Positions 42,411 to 51,781 of a stretch of 64,000 nucleotides of DNA are shown here, in pieces (position 1 is the stretch's first letter; each line of letters begins with the position of its first letter). The stretch lies in IMG/VR virus record IMGVR_UViG_3300001202_000001; one strand, written 5' to 3'. The notes under the pieces were generated by a model. The model worked only from the letters and a program-made list of their open reading frames with translations. It ran no database searches and had not been told where the DNA came from. This DNA comes from a virus. The translations under genes and the position numbers were made by a program.

Positions 42411-42493
42411 GCGGGTCTAGTCGTGGCTGCCTTCTAAGCAGCTAAGCGTAATCGGAACTGAAAATGGGGGTTCGAGTCCCTTGGCCCGTGCCA
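42411..42493 (+). tRNA. 83-nt tRNA-like element with UCU (Arg) loop and no D arm
   Basis: Solid acceptor GCGGGTC/GGCCCGT, T arm GGGGG-TTCGAGT-CCCTT and GCCA end. Perfect arm GCTGC-CTTCTAA-GCAGC sits only 8 nt after the acceptor and is followed by a 23-nt unpaired stretch. Confidence 0.35.
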
Positions 42494-42520
42494 CTTTGGA
42501 AAATCAATAAGGAAATAAAC

Positions 42521-42850
42521 ATGGAATACTCTGATACTGAAAAAGCCCAAATTCAAGCTTTGGGTGCTAGTGCATCTAACAAACAGAAAACTGCTCCCCG
42601 ACGTAAACCTCGTGCAGTGTATATTGTACAAGAAGGCGAGGGTGGCCCAATCTATCGGATTGAAACGCCAGAGTCTTATGCTGGACGAAAGCAAATTTCT
42701 TCGAGCAACGTAACGTCTCTTAAAAAACTCGCACGAATTAAGCGTGTGCGTGATAGAGGTTATGTCAAACGTCTAGCAACTAATGCAGATGTTCGTCGCT
42801 ATGGCCCTGCAATCGTAATGCCAGCAGGTGACGAGAAAGCCGCAGCATGA
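42521..42850 (+). CDS. Hypothetical basic protein
   Basis: Start moved to ATG 42521 after AAGGAAA. The track start lies inside the tRNA-like element. Confidence 0.55.
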   Translation: MEYSDTEKAQIQALGASASNKQKTAPRRKPRAVYIVQEGEGGPIYRIETPESYAGRKQISSSNVTSLKKLARIKRVRDRGYVKRLATNADVRRYGPAIVMPAGDEKAAA

Positions 42851-43035
42851 TTAAGTTAGAAACTTACTCTGAACAAGTAGGGCCGAGACGAGATAAGTCT
42901 TGGCGCTACAAAATCACACTTGGAACTCGCTCTCCAATCAGATTGACTAATGTATGGCCGAAAGGTTATGCAACAGAGCAAGCTGCCAAGAAAGCTGGGA
43001 GACGAGCCATTGATAGGTTTAAAAGAGAACTCTGA
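42847..43035 (+). CDS. Hypothetical protein
   Basis: 62 aa ORF with an ATGA overlap with the upstream stop. Confidence 0.5.
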   Translation: MIKLETYSEQVGPRRDKSWRYKITLGTRSPIRLTNVWPKGYATEQAAKKAGRRAIDRFKREL

Positions 43036-43081
43036 AAATGCCATAGCTTTAAAGGAATGTCTAACTCGCAATAAAGACACT

Positions 43082-43255
43082 ATGGTTCCCAGAAAGCCAT
43101 ACTTCGAGTTCCTACGGGACTGGAATGAGGTTGCATTTAAGGATAAAATGAACCATGATGCTTGGACAGAGTTTCATTCTCGTAGGGGTGACCCTATAAA
43201 AGTGAGGACTTTGTATTTGCGTAAACTACTGGAGGCTTATGATGGGCGTAGCTAA
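43082..43255 (+). CDS. Hypothetical protein (start uncertain)
   Basis: In frame with track ORF 42950..43255. ATG 43082 avoids the 86-nt overlap with 42847..43035. No clear RBS. Confidence 0.35.
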   Translation: MVPRKPYFEFLRDWNEVAFKDKMNHDAWTEFHSRRGDPIKVRTLYLRKLLEAYDGRS

Positions 43256-43760
43256 AGAATTAGAGAGAATGTTTAATCGTCTGCAAGTCAGCGACGAATA
43301 TACTTTTCCTGAATTTATTCTTGGTGAACTCAATCACCTTAATTGGGAATTGAAAGTCCCCGTTAGGGAAACCATGCGTAGACGTGGGGTAACCTACCAG
43401 AGAGTTAGGCATCGCCCTAGATTAAAGTACAAAGGCAAAACTGATTACTTGAACAGACAGTTATTCAGACACTTTATGTCAGATGATATTGAAGGGAAAA
43501 AACTAATCCCTAACGGTTCAAGGCAGGACTATAACCCACACCACTGGCGAGTAGGTGCGGAGGAAGTGAAGAAACCAGTGTCCGTGCAAACAACTCCGAC
43601 TGTAATTGACCCCGAAGTTTATCAACTCGTTGAAGAACTGAAAAGACGGGAAAATGCTGGAGAAGATGTTTGGCAGGGTGTAGACGAAATGTTTACAGAA
43701 TTGGAAATCGCTCAAGCCAAAGAGATTATGAATGACGAAATCAGAGAGAACGAAGCTTAA
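43239..43760 (+). CDS. Hypothetical protein
   Basis: 173 aa ORF. Confidence 0.6.
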   Translation: MMGVAKELERMFNRLQVSDEYTFPEFILGELNHLNWELKVPVRETMRRRGVTYQRVRHRPRLKYKGKTDYLNRQLFRHFMSDDIEGKKLIPNGSRQDYNPHHWRVGAEEVKKPVSVQTTPTVIDPEVYQLVEELKRRENAGEDVWQGVDEMFTELEIAQAKEIMNDEIRENEA

Positions 43761-44061
43761 AAGAGCTTGGGTAACCAAACTCAAACAAACTTTAGGCTGT
43801 GCTGTATGTGGTATTGGGGTTCCCGAAGCACTACAGTTCCACCATCTTGAAGACCACGTTAAAGAAAAATCAATCTCTAGGCTGTTATCCAATAGTGCTG
43901 GACTACCAAAAATAATGGTTGAAATTGAAAAATGTAGTTGCTTGTGTAGCAATCATCATTTAATGCTGCATAGTGAGAAATACAAGATGCCAAAATTGAA
44001 ACCAATTATTGTACCTAAGTTCATGAAGGACTTAGCTAAAAAGCAGGGAATTTTAAAATGA
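43732..44061 (+). CDS. HNH endonuclease
   Basis: 109 aa. CAVCG...LQFHHLEDH...CLCSNHHLMLH (Cys pairs plus an HNH His/Asn/His pattern). Confidence 0.7.
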   Translation: MTKSERTKLKRAWVTKLKQTLGCAVCGIGVPEALQFHHLEDHVKEKSISRLLSNSAGLPKIMVEIEKCSCLCSNHHLMLHSEKYKMPKLKPIIVPKFMKDLAKKQGILK

Positions 44062-44315
44062 GAAAACCCTTCCCATTTACCTTACTCGTTAGTGCACGAG
44101 ACGAGGATATAACTCCCGTAATCCAAACTGCCATTGGTAAATATATCCAAGAGGTAGCAACACAAATATACCCCACTGCCCCCGCTGCGGACATTGAGCG
44201 TATTTATCGACAGCAGCATCAACCACACTACGAGGCACTTGCCCTCTTAATTACAAAGGAACTAAAAGACTATGCCAAAACTTCTACCTCTAATCCTAGT
44301 AGGGGGACTACCTAA
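44058..44315 (+). CDS. Hypothetical protein
   Basis: 85 aa ORF with an ATGA overlap with the HNH stop. Confidence 0.5.
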   Translation: MRKPFPFTLLVSARDEDITPVIQTAIGKYIQEVATQIYPTAPAADIERIYRQQHQPHYEALALLITKELKDYAKTSTSNPSRGTT

Positions 44316-44781
44316 ATCAGGAAAATCCTCTTTCATCAACCGAATTGCCCCTTCAATAAAAGGAGTAAAGGTTTTCAATGATGAAAGCTATGTATCACAG
44401 GTCAACCCACGAGGCCGAGACTACGCCCTAGACTACGCAGAAAATGCTGAAAATCTTGTCAGGCAAGCAATGGTTAAGGATGTTGCACTAGCGGCTTACA
44501 ACAGAAAACCTGTTATTGCTGAAAGCAGCTTTTTTGTCGATGCAGCCATTAGAGCAGAGTATCGTCAAAAGACTTTAACTCGTGACCATATGCCTATCTA
44601 TGTGTCAGTTTTTATCCCTGAAAAAATCAGGAACAAAAACAAGGTACTTGACAAGTACACAGAAGCTGATAACCAAATGCTGATGCAACGCAACAAACGG
44701 CCTCGAAAGGGCGAAGGATTTGTTGTCATGTCAGTGAGAGAGGTGATTGAATACCTCAAAGAGTATAATGGAACTATCTAA
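44272..44781 (+). CDS. P-loop kinase (polynucleotide/nucleoside kinase-like)
   Basis: 169 aa. Walker A GGLPKSGKSSF, and PVIAESSF comparable to the T4 Pnk kinase-domain layout. No phosphatase domain. Confidence 0.55.
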   Translation: MPKLLPLILVGGLPKSGKSSFINRIAPSIKGVKVFNDESYVSQVNPRGRDYALDYAENAENLVRQAMVKDVALAAYNRKPVIAESSFFVDAAIRAEYRQKTLTRDHMPIYVSVFIPEKIRNKNKVLDKYTEADNQMLMQRNKRPRKGEGFVVMSVREVIEYLKEYNGTI

Positions 44782-44992
44782 ACTTTTGAGAGCCGTGAGG
44801 AAACAAGCTATCAACGAATGTCAGGCTCTGGTTCGTAAGAACCCTGACGACGATAGATATGTACTCGCGGCTCGAATGTCAGACTTGAAATTACTCAAGC
44901 CTTTGACGCCAGAAATTAACACATTAAAACAGGAATACGAAAATGCAACTGAAAAAAGAGAAAATCAAGCACCAGTCGGGAGGACTGTCTAA
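44768..44992 (+). CDS. Hypothetical protein
   Basis: The track start 44747 is TTG. The first ATG 44768 is used (MELSKLLRAV...). Confidence 0.4.
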   Translation: MELSKLLRAVRKQAINECQALVRKNPDDDRYVLAARMSDLKLLKPLTPEINTLKQEYENATEKRENQAPVGRTV

Positions 44993-47237
44993 CGTAACAG
45001 CTTTTGGCCTAGATGCTTCAAGCGCCTCCACTATTATCGGAATGTTAACTCGCCAATACAGTGACCCTGAAATGGCTTTCATTCGCGAAACTTCTTCTAA
45101 TGCCTACGACGCCCATATAGCCGCAGGTACAACTGACAAAGCTTTTGACATTCATATCCCAACTAACTTTGCCCCACACGTAGAAATTCGTGATTACGGC
45201 ACAGGTTTGTCAAAAGACTTCATGCTAAACAAGTACACACAGGTTGGTCACTCAACAAAACGTAAGAGTAACAACCAAATTGGCGGCTTTGGTATTGGTC
45301 GATTGAGCTTCCTAATTGTGACAGAGCAAGCAGCTATTACTTCATATCATAATGGTATGAAAGCCAGCTACACTGTTAATTATGATGCTGATGGTCAGTT
45401 GCTTATCTCTCTTACAGATGAACGCGAGACTACTGAACCTAATGGTTTACGCCTTAAATTCCCTGTACAAACAAACCGCATCAAGGCTTTCCAAGTCGCT
45501 GCTGAAAAATACTTTAGCCGCGTATCTGCAACTCTACCAAACTTCAAAGGTGAACCTTTACAAATTACACCACCTGCCTACTCTCATAAGACAGACCGCT
45601 GGGGTGTACGGACAAATGGTTCAACAGGAGTTATCTATGCTGTTATGGGTAATATCGCTTATCCAGTTAAAACAGACACTCTAAAGTATGATAGCAAATT
45701 TAACGATGTTCGGTCTTTGCTGGACTCACGCCTAGATTTATTCTTCAATATTGGTGAGGTTATCCCTGTGCCAACTCGTGAGAATTTGGATATGTGTGAC
45801 CAAACTGTGGATGGTCTACTAAAAGCTCTGACAGATGCTAAAACAGAACTCGTGACCACTCTTGAAGCACAGATTGCGAGTTCAGCTAACCGCTGGCAAG
45901 CTTACAAAGCTTGGAATCAAATGTATTCCGCAGCGTCTTACGAGTTTGGTGCTGTATTACGTGACCTTGACCTAAAATATAAAGGTGAAGAAGTTTATCG
46001 CATGAAGTTCGACTTCGGTAATATCGTGAAAATGATTGACGACCCCTCTGCTTCTACAGACCCAAAAGACCCTAGCTTTGGAAAGCAGCTTTCTTCCCGT
46101 CAGCTTACTTTCCACTCACGTCGTGAGTCAAGCTGGAACTCAAATAGTAAGTTCTCATGGTCTAAAGGTAACACGGAAGTTAGCTCTAATCACAGAGACT
46201 TCCTGACACACGTATTTATTTACAATGATGTTAAGAAGGGTATTCGCCCAACTATCGACTATAACTTACAGAATGCCTCTACTCGTATCGAACTGGTAAC
46301 TGGCCCACGCGAAGCATGGGATAAGTTTATGGCTCGTGAGATTGACCGTGGTGTCAATAAGAAAGCTTTCCGTTACGCTAGTAAGCTTCTGCCTAAGCCT
46401 AAATCTGCTAAGGTTAAACCAACTAATGTTCAGATAGATTATATCAGTAGCACCAGAAGTCTACACTCCAATCTTTGGGGAAGCTTCTGTAACTACAAAG
46501 ATATTAGTGGTTTTGATGGTAAGCAGTATTATGTTCGGGCTAGTAACTTCTGTGTCGAAGATGATGTACTTGAACTTTATCAGAAGTTAAAGAACTACAC
46601 AAAATTAGGTTTATTAGAACCTATTAACATTATCGTGGTCAACAAGAAAAATGTTCCCTATATCCAAGATGATTGGGAACCTCTTGAAAACTACGTGAAA
46701 GTTGACCCAAAGAAGGTCAAGAAAAAGAAGAGACTGGTACGTCAAGCCCTATACTTGGGTATGAAGAAAGCCTATCTCGCAGACATGCTGTCTGATAACT
46801 TCGAAGACCACAAACTGGTCTCTAGCTCCAGACGATGGAGTGAAATTGCACAGAAGAGGGTCACAACAAAACGTGATAGACCTCTTGGCGCTTTGCTTAA
46901 AGATAATCGTGATGTATTCCTAGCTGTGGAAGACATGCGCTATCTGGTTAACAAACTTAACTCTCAAATTGCAGAGTTAGGAGCCACCCAACCACTACAG
47001 GAATTTTCCCGTCAAGTGATTGGCCGCGAAGGTTGGCTTGAGGACAATGCTTATGAAGCATTGGCTGACTCATATGAGCTTGATTATCAGGCTTTAAGAG
47101 ACGCAGCAACAGCACAGAGTCGAGGTATGGATATTACTGTTGACTATGTAAATTCTCAAGTCTACTACGTCGTGGAACACATGGGAGGTCGAGGAAGATT
47201 TGACCTCAATCAACTTAAAAAGGAAATATCAAAATGA
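44943..47237 (+). CDS. rIIA: rIIA-like protein (GHKL ATPase N-terminus)
   Basis: 764 aa. IRETSSNAYDAH, RDYGTGLS and IGGFGIGRLSFL parallel T4 rIIA VRELITNMIDAH, RDFGPGMS and IGGFGLGSKSPF. Confidence 0.85.
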   Translation: MQLKKEKIKHQSGGLSNVTAFGLDASSASTIIGMLTRQYSDPEMAFIRETSSNAYDAHIAAGTTDKAFDIHIPTNFAPHVEIRDYGTGLSKDFMLNKYTQVGHSTKRKSNNQIGGFGIGRLSFLIVTEQAAITSYHNGMKASYTVNYDADGQLLISLTDERETTEPNGLRLKFPVQTNRIKAFQVAAEKYFSRVSATLPNFKGEPLQITPPAYSHKTDRWGVRTNGSTGVIYAVMGNIAYPVKTDTLKYDSKFNDVRSLLDSRLDLFFNIGEVIPVPTRENLDMCDQTVDGLLKALTDAKTELVTTLEAQIASSANRWQAYKAWNQMYSAASYEFGAVLRDLDLKYKGEEVYRMKFDFGNIVKMIDDPSASTDPKDPSFGKQLSSRQLTFHSRRESSWNSNSKFSWSKGNTEVSSNHRDFLTHVFIYNDVKKGIRPTIDYNLQNASTRIELVTGPREAWDKFMAREIDRGVNKKAFRYASKLLPKPKSAKVKPTNVQIDYISSTRSLHSNLWGSFCNYKDISGFDGKQYYVRASNFCVEDDVLELYQKLKNYTKLGLLEPINIIVVNKKNVPYIQDDWEPLENYVKVDPKKVKKKKRLVRQALYLGMKKAYLADMLSDNFEDHKLVSSSRRWSEIAQKRVTTKRDRPLGALLKDNRDVFLAVEDMRYLVNKLNSQIAELGATQPLQEFSRQVIGREGWLEDNAYEALADSYELDYQALRDAATAQSRGMDITVDYVNSQVYYVVEHMGGRGRFDLNQLKKEISK

Positions 47238-48085
47238 CAAAAACAATTACAACTATCCCACATACATGGACAGGAAATACACTAAGCTTCACCGACCTAC
47301 GGGACGGTGAACAACATGTAGTACCAAACACTCATGTCAGCTACACTCGGATTAAACAAGCAATCCAAGCAGACGACATTGATACTGCGGTTCGCCTGTT
47401 CAACTTCGAAGAAAGTGTTGCAATCCAATCCAACGGGTCTGTAACTATCGAAGACGGTGTTGTCTCTTATAAGGGATTACCCGTGACTAACTCAATCTCG
47501 GAAATGATTGTTCGCATGATGCGTGAAGGTTTAGACTTCCAGCCTCTTGCAAACTTCCTAGCCAAGATTTTGGAAAATCCTTCATACAGTTCTCGTGAGC
47601 AACTGCATGGATTTATTGAGAAGTATCTATTCTCGATTACTCCAGAAGGAAACTTCCTAGCTTATCGTGTCGTTACCCACGATTGGAAAGATAAGCACAC
47701 ACGGTCTATTGACAACTCTGTCGGTACAACTGTTACCATGCCTCGTGATGAAGTAGACGAAAATCCTAATCGGACTTGTTCTGCTGGATTGCATGTGTGT
47801 GGTAGAAGCTACGTTAAGAGTTTCAAACACGGCAATGACAGGCTAACGCTTGTTTCAGTCAATCCTCGCGATGTGGTCGCTATCCCTACTGACTACAACG
47901 ATGCTAAGATGCGTGTATGCGAATACACGGTTATTGGCGAGATTGGCGAAAACTTCCAAGAGAGTGAAGTCTCTCCTGTTGCACGAACTAAGAAAGTTCA
48001 GATGCGCGACAAAAATGGACGTTTCACGTCGCAAATGGCATTCGAGCCTATCCCGAAAGCCGAACTCGACACAAATTGGGACTAG
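47234..48085 (+). CDS. rIIB: rIIB-like protein
   Basis: 283 aa. CSAGLHVCGRSYVKSF...VNPRDVVAIPTDYNDAKMRVCEYTV closely parallels T4 rIIB CSRGLHVCSKSYIRHF...VHPRDVVSIPIDYNDAKMRTCQYEV. Confidence 0.85.
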   Translation: MTKTITTIPHTWTGNTLSFTDLRDGEQHVVPNTHVSYTRIKQAIQADDIDTAVRLFNFEESVAIQSNGSVTIEDGVVSYKGLPVTNSISEMIVRMMREGLDFQPLANFLAKILENPSYSSREQLHGFIEKYLFSITPEGNFLAYRVVTHDWKDKHTRSIDNSVGTTVTMPRDEVDENPNRTCSAGLHVCGRSYVKSFKHGNDRLTLVSVNPRDVVAIPTDYNDAKMRVCEYTVIGEIGENFQESEVSPVARTKKVQMRDKNGRFTSQMAFEPIPKAELDTNWD

Positions 48086-48107
48086 CGGGAAGGTCTTCCG
48101 CACCGAG

Positions 48108-48152
48108 TAACCTTCACGACTCTTTTATTATCGTTTTGAGTCGTGGAGGTTA
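48108..48152 (+). terminator. Long stem-loop after rIIB
   Basis: 15-bp stem TAACCTTCACGACTC / GAGTCGTGGAGGTTA (one G.U) with a U-rich 15-nt loop. Followed by CAUUUAAC. Confidence 0.5.
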
Positions 48153-48186
48153 CATTTAACATAACACAGAAACAGAAAGATATACT

Positions 48187-48924
48187 ATGTACGATATACG
48201 TGAAAAAGCCCTACGGCGCTTCGAAGCAGGTGAGCGTAAGCCCCTGTTAACTCGTGGTAACCCTAAGACTGAAAAGTCTGTCAAGAAAGGTTACTTAACT
48301 GCAATTCTACACTTATCCCCTGCCGACATGGTTGCAAAGAAAACTTTGTGTCCATTCGCCTCTGCTGGCTGTAAAGCCGCGTGTTTAAACACGGCTGGAC
48401 GTGGTGCTCTACATATGATGAAGGGTGATGCTCACCCTGTTCAAGATGCTCGTGCACTACGCACAATTTGGTGGGAAAAATCTCGTCAAAGTTTCTTAGT
48501 TCAGTTGAAGAGAGAAATTACAAACTTCATCAAGTATTCTAAGTCAAAGGGTTTAACTCCCTGTATTCGACTTAATGGTACATCTGATATTCTTTGGGAA
48601 CGTCACGATATTATTCAGAAGTTCCCTGATGTTCAATTTTATGATTATACTAAAATTCCTAATCGTAAAAACCTACCAGACAACTATCACCTGACGTTTT
48701 CAGCAGTTGAGGACAATGACAACTCTTCTGCACTAACACTTGCACAAGGTACAAACGTAGCTGCTGTATTCCACAAGCTGCCTAAGACTTGGCTTGGCTA
48801 CCCTGTGGTAGATGGAGACGATACAGACCTACGTTTCCTAGACCCTAAAGGTGTTGTCATAGGTCTTAAAGCGAAAGGACAAGCTAAAAATGACACGTCA
48901 GGCTTTGTTAAAAAAGCGGCATAA
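48187..48924 (+). CDS. Conserved phage protein with a Cys cluster (CPFASAGCKAAC)
   Basis: 245 aa ORF with a C-x6-C-x3-C motif near the N-terminus. Function not recognised with confidence. Confidence 0.6.
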   Translation: MYDIREKALRRFEAGERKPLLTRGNPKTEKSVKKGYLTAILHLSPADMVAKKTLCPFASAGCKAACLNTAGRGALHMMKGDAHPVQDARALRTIWWEKSRQSFLVQLKREITNFIKYSKSKGLTPCIRLNGTSDILWERHDIIQKFPDVQFYDYTKIPNRKNLPDNYHLTFSAVEDNDNSSALTLAQGTNVAAVFHKLPKTWLGYPVVDGDDTDLRFLDPKGVVIGLKAKGQAKNDTSGFVKKAA

Positions 48925-49022
48925 GTTTAGACCGCAACCCGTTGTACTACTACCTATAGCTTACTCTCGACCATCTAGGGAGCTTGAAATGGTATTCAAC
49001 ACAGAAACAGGAGAACTAGAAC

Positions 49023-49253
49023 GTGGCCAAAGTAATAGACCGAATCATAACGTGGTTTTTCTCTACTAAGACTTTTATTTTCGGACAAAATCCTCCACAG
49101 GAATATAAAGAAATGTGTTGCTGTGGAGATTACATAGACCATTACCCTGATGGTCATTCTCCAGTATCAGCATACTGGTACTATAGAACTCCCTCTTTGT
49201 GGGAAAGGATTAAAGATAGAAGGAATCCAAAATGGTTAAGACATGGTTCATAA
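49023..49253 (+). CDS. Hypothetical protein
   Basis: 76 aa. GTG start 9 nt after AGGAG. CCCGDY...H motif. Confidence 0.4.
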   Translation: MAKVIDRIITWFFSTKTFIFGQNPPQEYKEMCCCGDYIDHYPDGHSPVSAYWYYRTPSLWERIKDRRNPKWLRHGS

Positions 49254-49588
49254 TTAGAGAAAAGAACTCTGGTAAACACCTACCCTGTAGGACAGGTCGT
49301 ACCATGAGTTATACGGCTCTAAAACTTACAGATGAAAAACCTCCACGCTTATTCGCTAAGCGTGGACACGCGACACAAGCTATGGCTTGTTGGAAGAAAG
49401 GTATCTTAATGCCTAAATATGTGGAGCCTAGAGAAGACCAATTATCAAATTGGGGCTTACAGCTACACCAAGCAGGTATCATGGATGAAGACCTTAGAAC
49501 CAACAGCTATGTTGCACATGCTGTGCAAGGAAGAGAAAATACAGACCTAGAGGTCGTGGAAATTACAATAGGAGACTTCAATGGGTGA
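49232..49588 (+). CDS. Hypothetical protein
   Basis: 118 aa ORF with an ATG start, overlapping the upstream gene by 22 nt. Confidence 0.5.
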   Translation: MVKTWFIIREKNSGKHLPCRTGRTMSYTALKLTDEKPPRLFAKRGHATQAMACWKKGILMPKYVEPREDQLSNWGLQLHQAGIMDEDLRTNSYVAHAVQGRENTDLEVVEITIGDFNG

Positions 49589-49973
49589 GAAGACATTTAG
49601 ACCTAGAGGTAACTTAGTTAATGGCCCTATATTGACTTTTGTTCCAGAACAGAAAAAGCATTATAAAGACCTGAATAAAATGTCGAAGTCGGAAATAGAT
49701 ACTCTTTTCTCCGACTTAGCTAAAGAACAGAAGGTTAATACTTTATGGGCTTGTAGAGGCTGTGGAGAAGTTCATAAAGTTCAGAATACAAACATTATTC
49801 AAACTCACTACTATATCAGCCCACATGGTTGCACTGGTGGTGACTACTGGCTCTCTGGAGAAAGACAGTTAGAATGTTCCGACTGTGGAGCCATTAACAG
49901 ACTAATCAACGAGGAAAATCTTCCTGCAAGCAGCTACTTCAAAGAAGTAACTTTGACGCACGAACATAGTTGA
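49581..49973 (+). CDS. Hypothetical zinc-ribbon protein
   Basis: 130 aa. CRGCGEVH ... CSDCGAIN. Confidence 0.55.
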   Translation: MGEKTFRPRGNLVNGPILTFVPEQKKHYKDLNKMSKSEIDTLFSDLAKEQKVNTLWACRGCGEVHKVQNTNIIQTHYYISPHGCTGGDYWLSGERQLECSDCGAINRLINEENLPASSYFKEVTLTHEHS

Positions 49974-49998
49974 CAAGAATACCTTCGTTGGGTATAAA
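49970..49998 (+). promoter_or_regulatory. Sigma70-like promoter TTGACA-17-TATAAA
   Basis: -35 at 49970-49975 (overlapping the stop of the upstream gene). -10 at 49993-49998 within GTTGGGTATAAAT. 80 nt upstream of the KTSC gene. Confidence 0.6.
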
Positions 49999-50077
49999 TG
50001 AAAAGTTGAAAAATTTTTCAGAAAAGGGGAGCGACTTTTCAACGCTCACAAACAGAAACATAAATGGAGAAAATAAC

Positions 50078-50314
50078 ATGAAACCTGTACAAGTAGACTC
50101 AAGCATGATTAAGACAATCGCATACATCACACGTCAAAATGCCGATGGAACTATCGACTATAAATTGCGCGTTATGTTCAATAGCGGAGACGTCTATGAC
50201 TACGCAGAAGTTCCACTCGATATTTACAACCGAGTTATCTCTGCCAAATCAGTAGGCAAAACTTTCAACGTACTCGTCAAAGACGGTGGTTATGATTTCA
50301 CAAAGTTCAACTAG
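50078..50314 (+). CDS. KTSC domain protein
   Basis: Start moved to the ATG after GGAGAAAA. VDSSMIKTIAY...LRVMFNSGDVYDYAEVPLDIYNRVISAKSVGKTFN fits the KTSC domain pattern. Confidence 0.7.
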   Translation: MKPVQVDSSMIKTIAYITRQNADGTIDYKLRVMFNSGDVYDYAEVPLDIYNRVISAKSVGKTFNVLVKDGGYDFTKFN

Positions 50315-50666
50315 ACAACAAGTCATAGAACTGTGGGAAACCACTGGATTTAATGCGAAGTATATTGCATATAAATTCGGCCTGACAGAGCAATCTGTCA
50401 GGTCAATCGTTCAGGGCATTAAAGGGCCAAAGAAAGAAAAACACGCACTATCTGGCTATCATAGAGCAATCGGCATGAAGCTGATTGACAAGAGGTTAGA
50501 GAGTAAGTTAAGTAGAAAAGAATTTGCAGCCGCTTGTGGAATGTCCCACTTTAGGCTAAGTGACTTAGAGAAAGGTTATGATGAAATCACAATTTCCGAA
50601 CTCATATTCGCAGAACTCCTCACGGACGTTGCGTTATTGGACACAGCGCTACTGGAGAATGAGTAA
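50292..50666 (+). CDS. Helix-turn-helix transcriptional regulator (two HTH-like segments)
   Basis: AKYIAYKFGLTEQSVRSIVQG and an XRE-like LSRKEFAAACGMSHFRLSDLEKG. The track start 50286 is GTG and the ATG is at 50292. Confidence 0.6.
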   Translation: MISQSSTRQQVIELWETTGFNAKYIAYKFGLTEQSVRSIVQGIKGPKKEKHALSGYHRAIGMKLIDKRLESKLSRKEFAAACGMSHFRLSDLEKGYDEITISELIFAELLTDVALLDTALLENE

Positions 50667-50826
50667 ACAACTCCGAGCTAGGAAGCAGGAGATTGGTCTC
50701 ACTAGAATGACCAAGAATTATCTGAAAGAATGTCCCCTTGAGCACACCCGCTTGAGACAATTAGTAGAGGCTTATCAATGTCAACTGTCAACTGTTATGG
50801 TGTCCACTCCGATGAAGTCGGCCTAA
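50659..50826 (+). CDS. Small hypothetical protein
   Basis: ATG directly after a GGAGA (CTGGAGA) RBS-like word, which is unusually close spacing. MSKQLRARKQEIGLTRMTKNYL... Overlaps the upstream stop. Confidence 0.4.
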   Translation: MSKQLRARKQEIGLTRMTKNYLKECPLEHTRLRQLVEAYQCQLSTVMVSTPMKSA

Positions 50827-51350
50827 GATACCTCGTCCAAGACACAATAACCAACGCTTATGGTTTCTCTAAACAGGAACCATTTGAAGTAGAGACGACG
50901 TTTGGTCACGGAAAATGTCCTCACAGACATAAAATTACAAAGGACAAAAAAGGTTCGAAGCATAGAGCAGCTTGGGTTGCCAGCCCTGTTCCACTACCAC
51001 TAAGTGGTTCAGTCGCACATCGTGATGAAGATATTGGAATACTCGCAGCATTCAGCGGAGCACATATTATACCAGCGTGGATGATAAATGCACACACTTT
51101 GAAAGCTAGATTATTCGTGTCTAACATTACAACATTGATTATCCCAAACTGTACTTTCCAACAAGCTGATATGCTCAACGAAATTCAGTCGGGACTGGAC
51201 ACATACACAGGTAAGGTAATTTTCCAAGGAGACTTCTACTTTGACTCCACAATGGAGAGATTACCTAAACTACCAGAAGACCTAACGGTCAAAGAAGCAA
51301 AGCGTATAGGCTTAGCTAACATGAGCAACTACCTACGGGAGAAAGACTAA
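50778..51350 (+). CDS. Hypothetical protein
   Basis: 190 aa ORF with an ATG start. Confidence 0.5.
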   Translation: MSTVNCYGVHSDEVGLRYLVQDTITNAYGFSKQEPFEVETTFGHGKCPHRHKITKDKKGSKHRAAWVASPVPLPLSGSVAHRDEDIGILAAFSGAHIIPAWMINAHTLKARLFVSNITTLIIPNCTFQQADMLNEIQSGLDTYTGKVIFQGDFYFDSTMERLPKLPEDLTVKEAKRIGLANMSNYLREKD

Positions 51351-51766
51351 TGAGCATGAGAACACCAACATGGCGATGCAATCGCAAACTAATGGCAGCA
51401 GGAATTAAACTCGCAAGCTATGCAGTGACTGACCCTTTCCGTGAAGGATGGACAGAAGAACAATTCCATCTAACCTACAACAACACTCTAATTGCTTCTT
51501 TAAAGCGTTCCACAGTTGAGTTCTTAAAGGACTTCATGCGTAAGCACGAAAACAGCGTATTACCCTGCCAAGAGGGTGGAGCATACTCTGATAGGATTGT
51601 AATGTTCGAAGAAGAACAAGATGATGCTGATAAAGACCCTTGGACTATCATTCACGTCTATGAGGATAATGAAATCAGAGCACGTATGGGTCTAGGTGAT
51701 GCAAAATTACTGGTTGGTTTCCTAGAAGAATATAAACCACCTAAGCAAGAAACAGAAGAAGAATAA
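51350..51766 (+). CDS. Hypothetical protein
   Basis: 138 aa ORF, TAATG-coupled to the upstream gene. Confidence 0.6.
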   Translation: MSMRTPTWRCNRKLMAAGIKLASYAVTDPFREGWTEEQFHLTYNNTLIASLKRSTVEFLKDFMRKHENSVLPCQEGGAYSDRIVMFEEEQDDADKDPWTIIHVYEDNEIRARMGLGDAKLLVGFLEEYKPPKQETEEE

Positions 51767-51781
51767 TTCAAGGAATAATCA

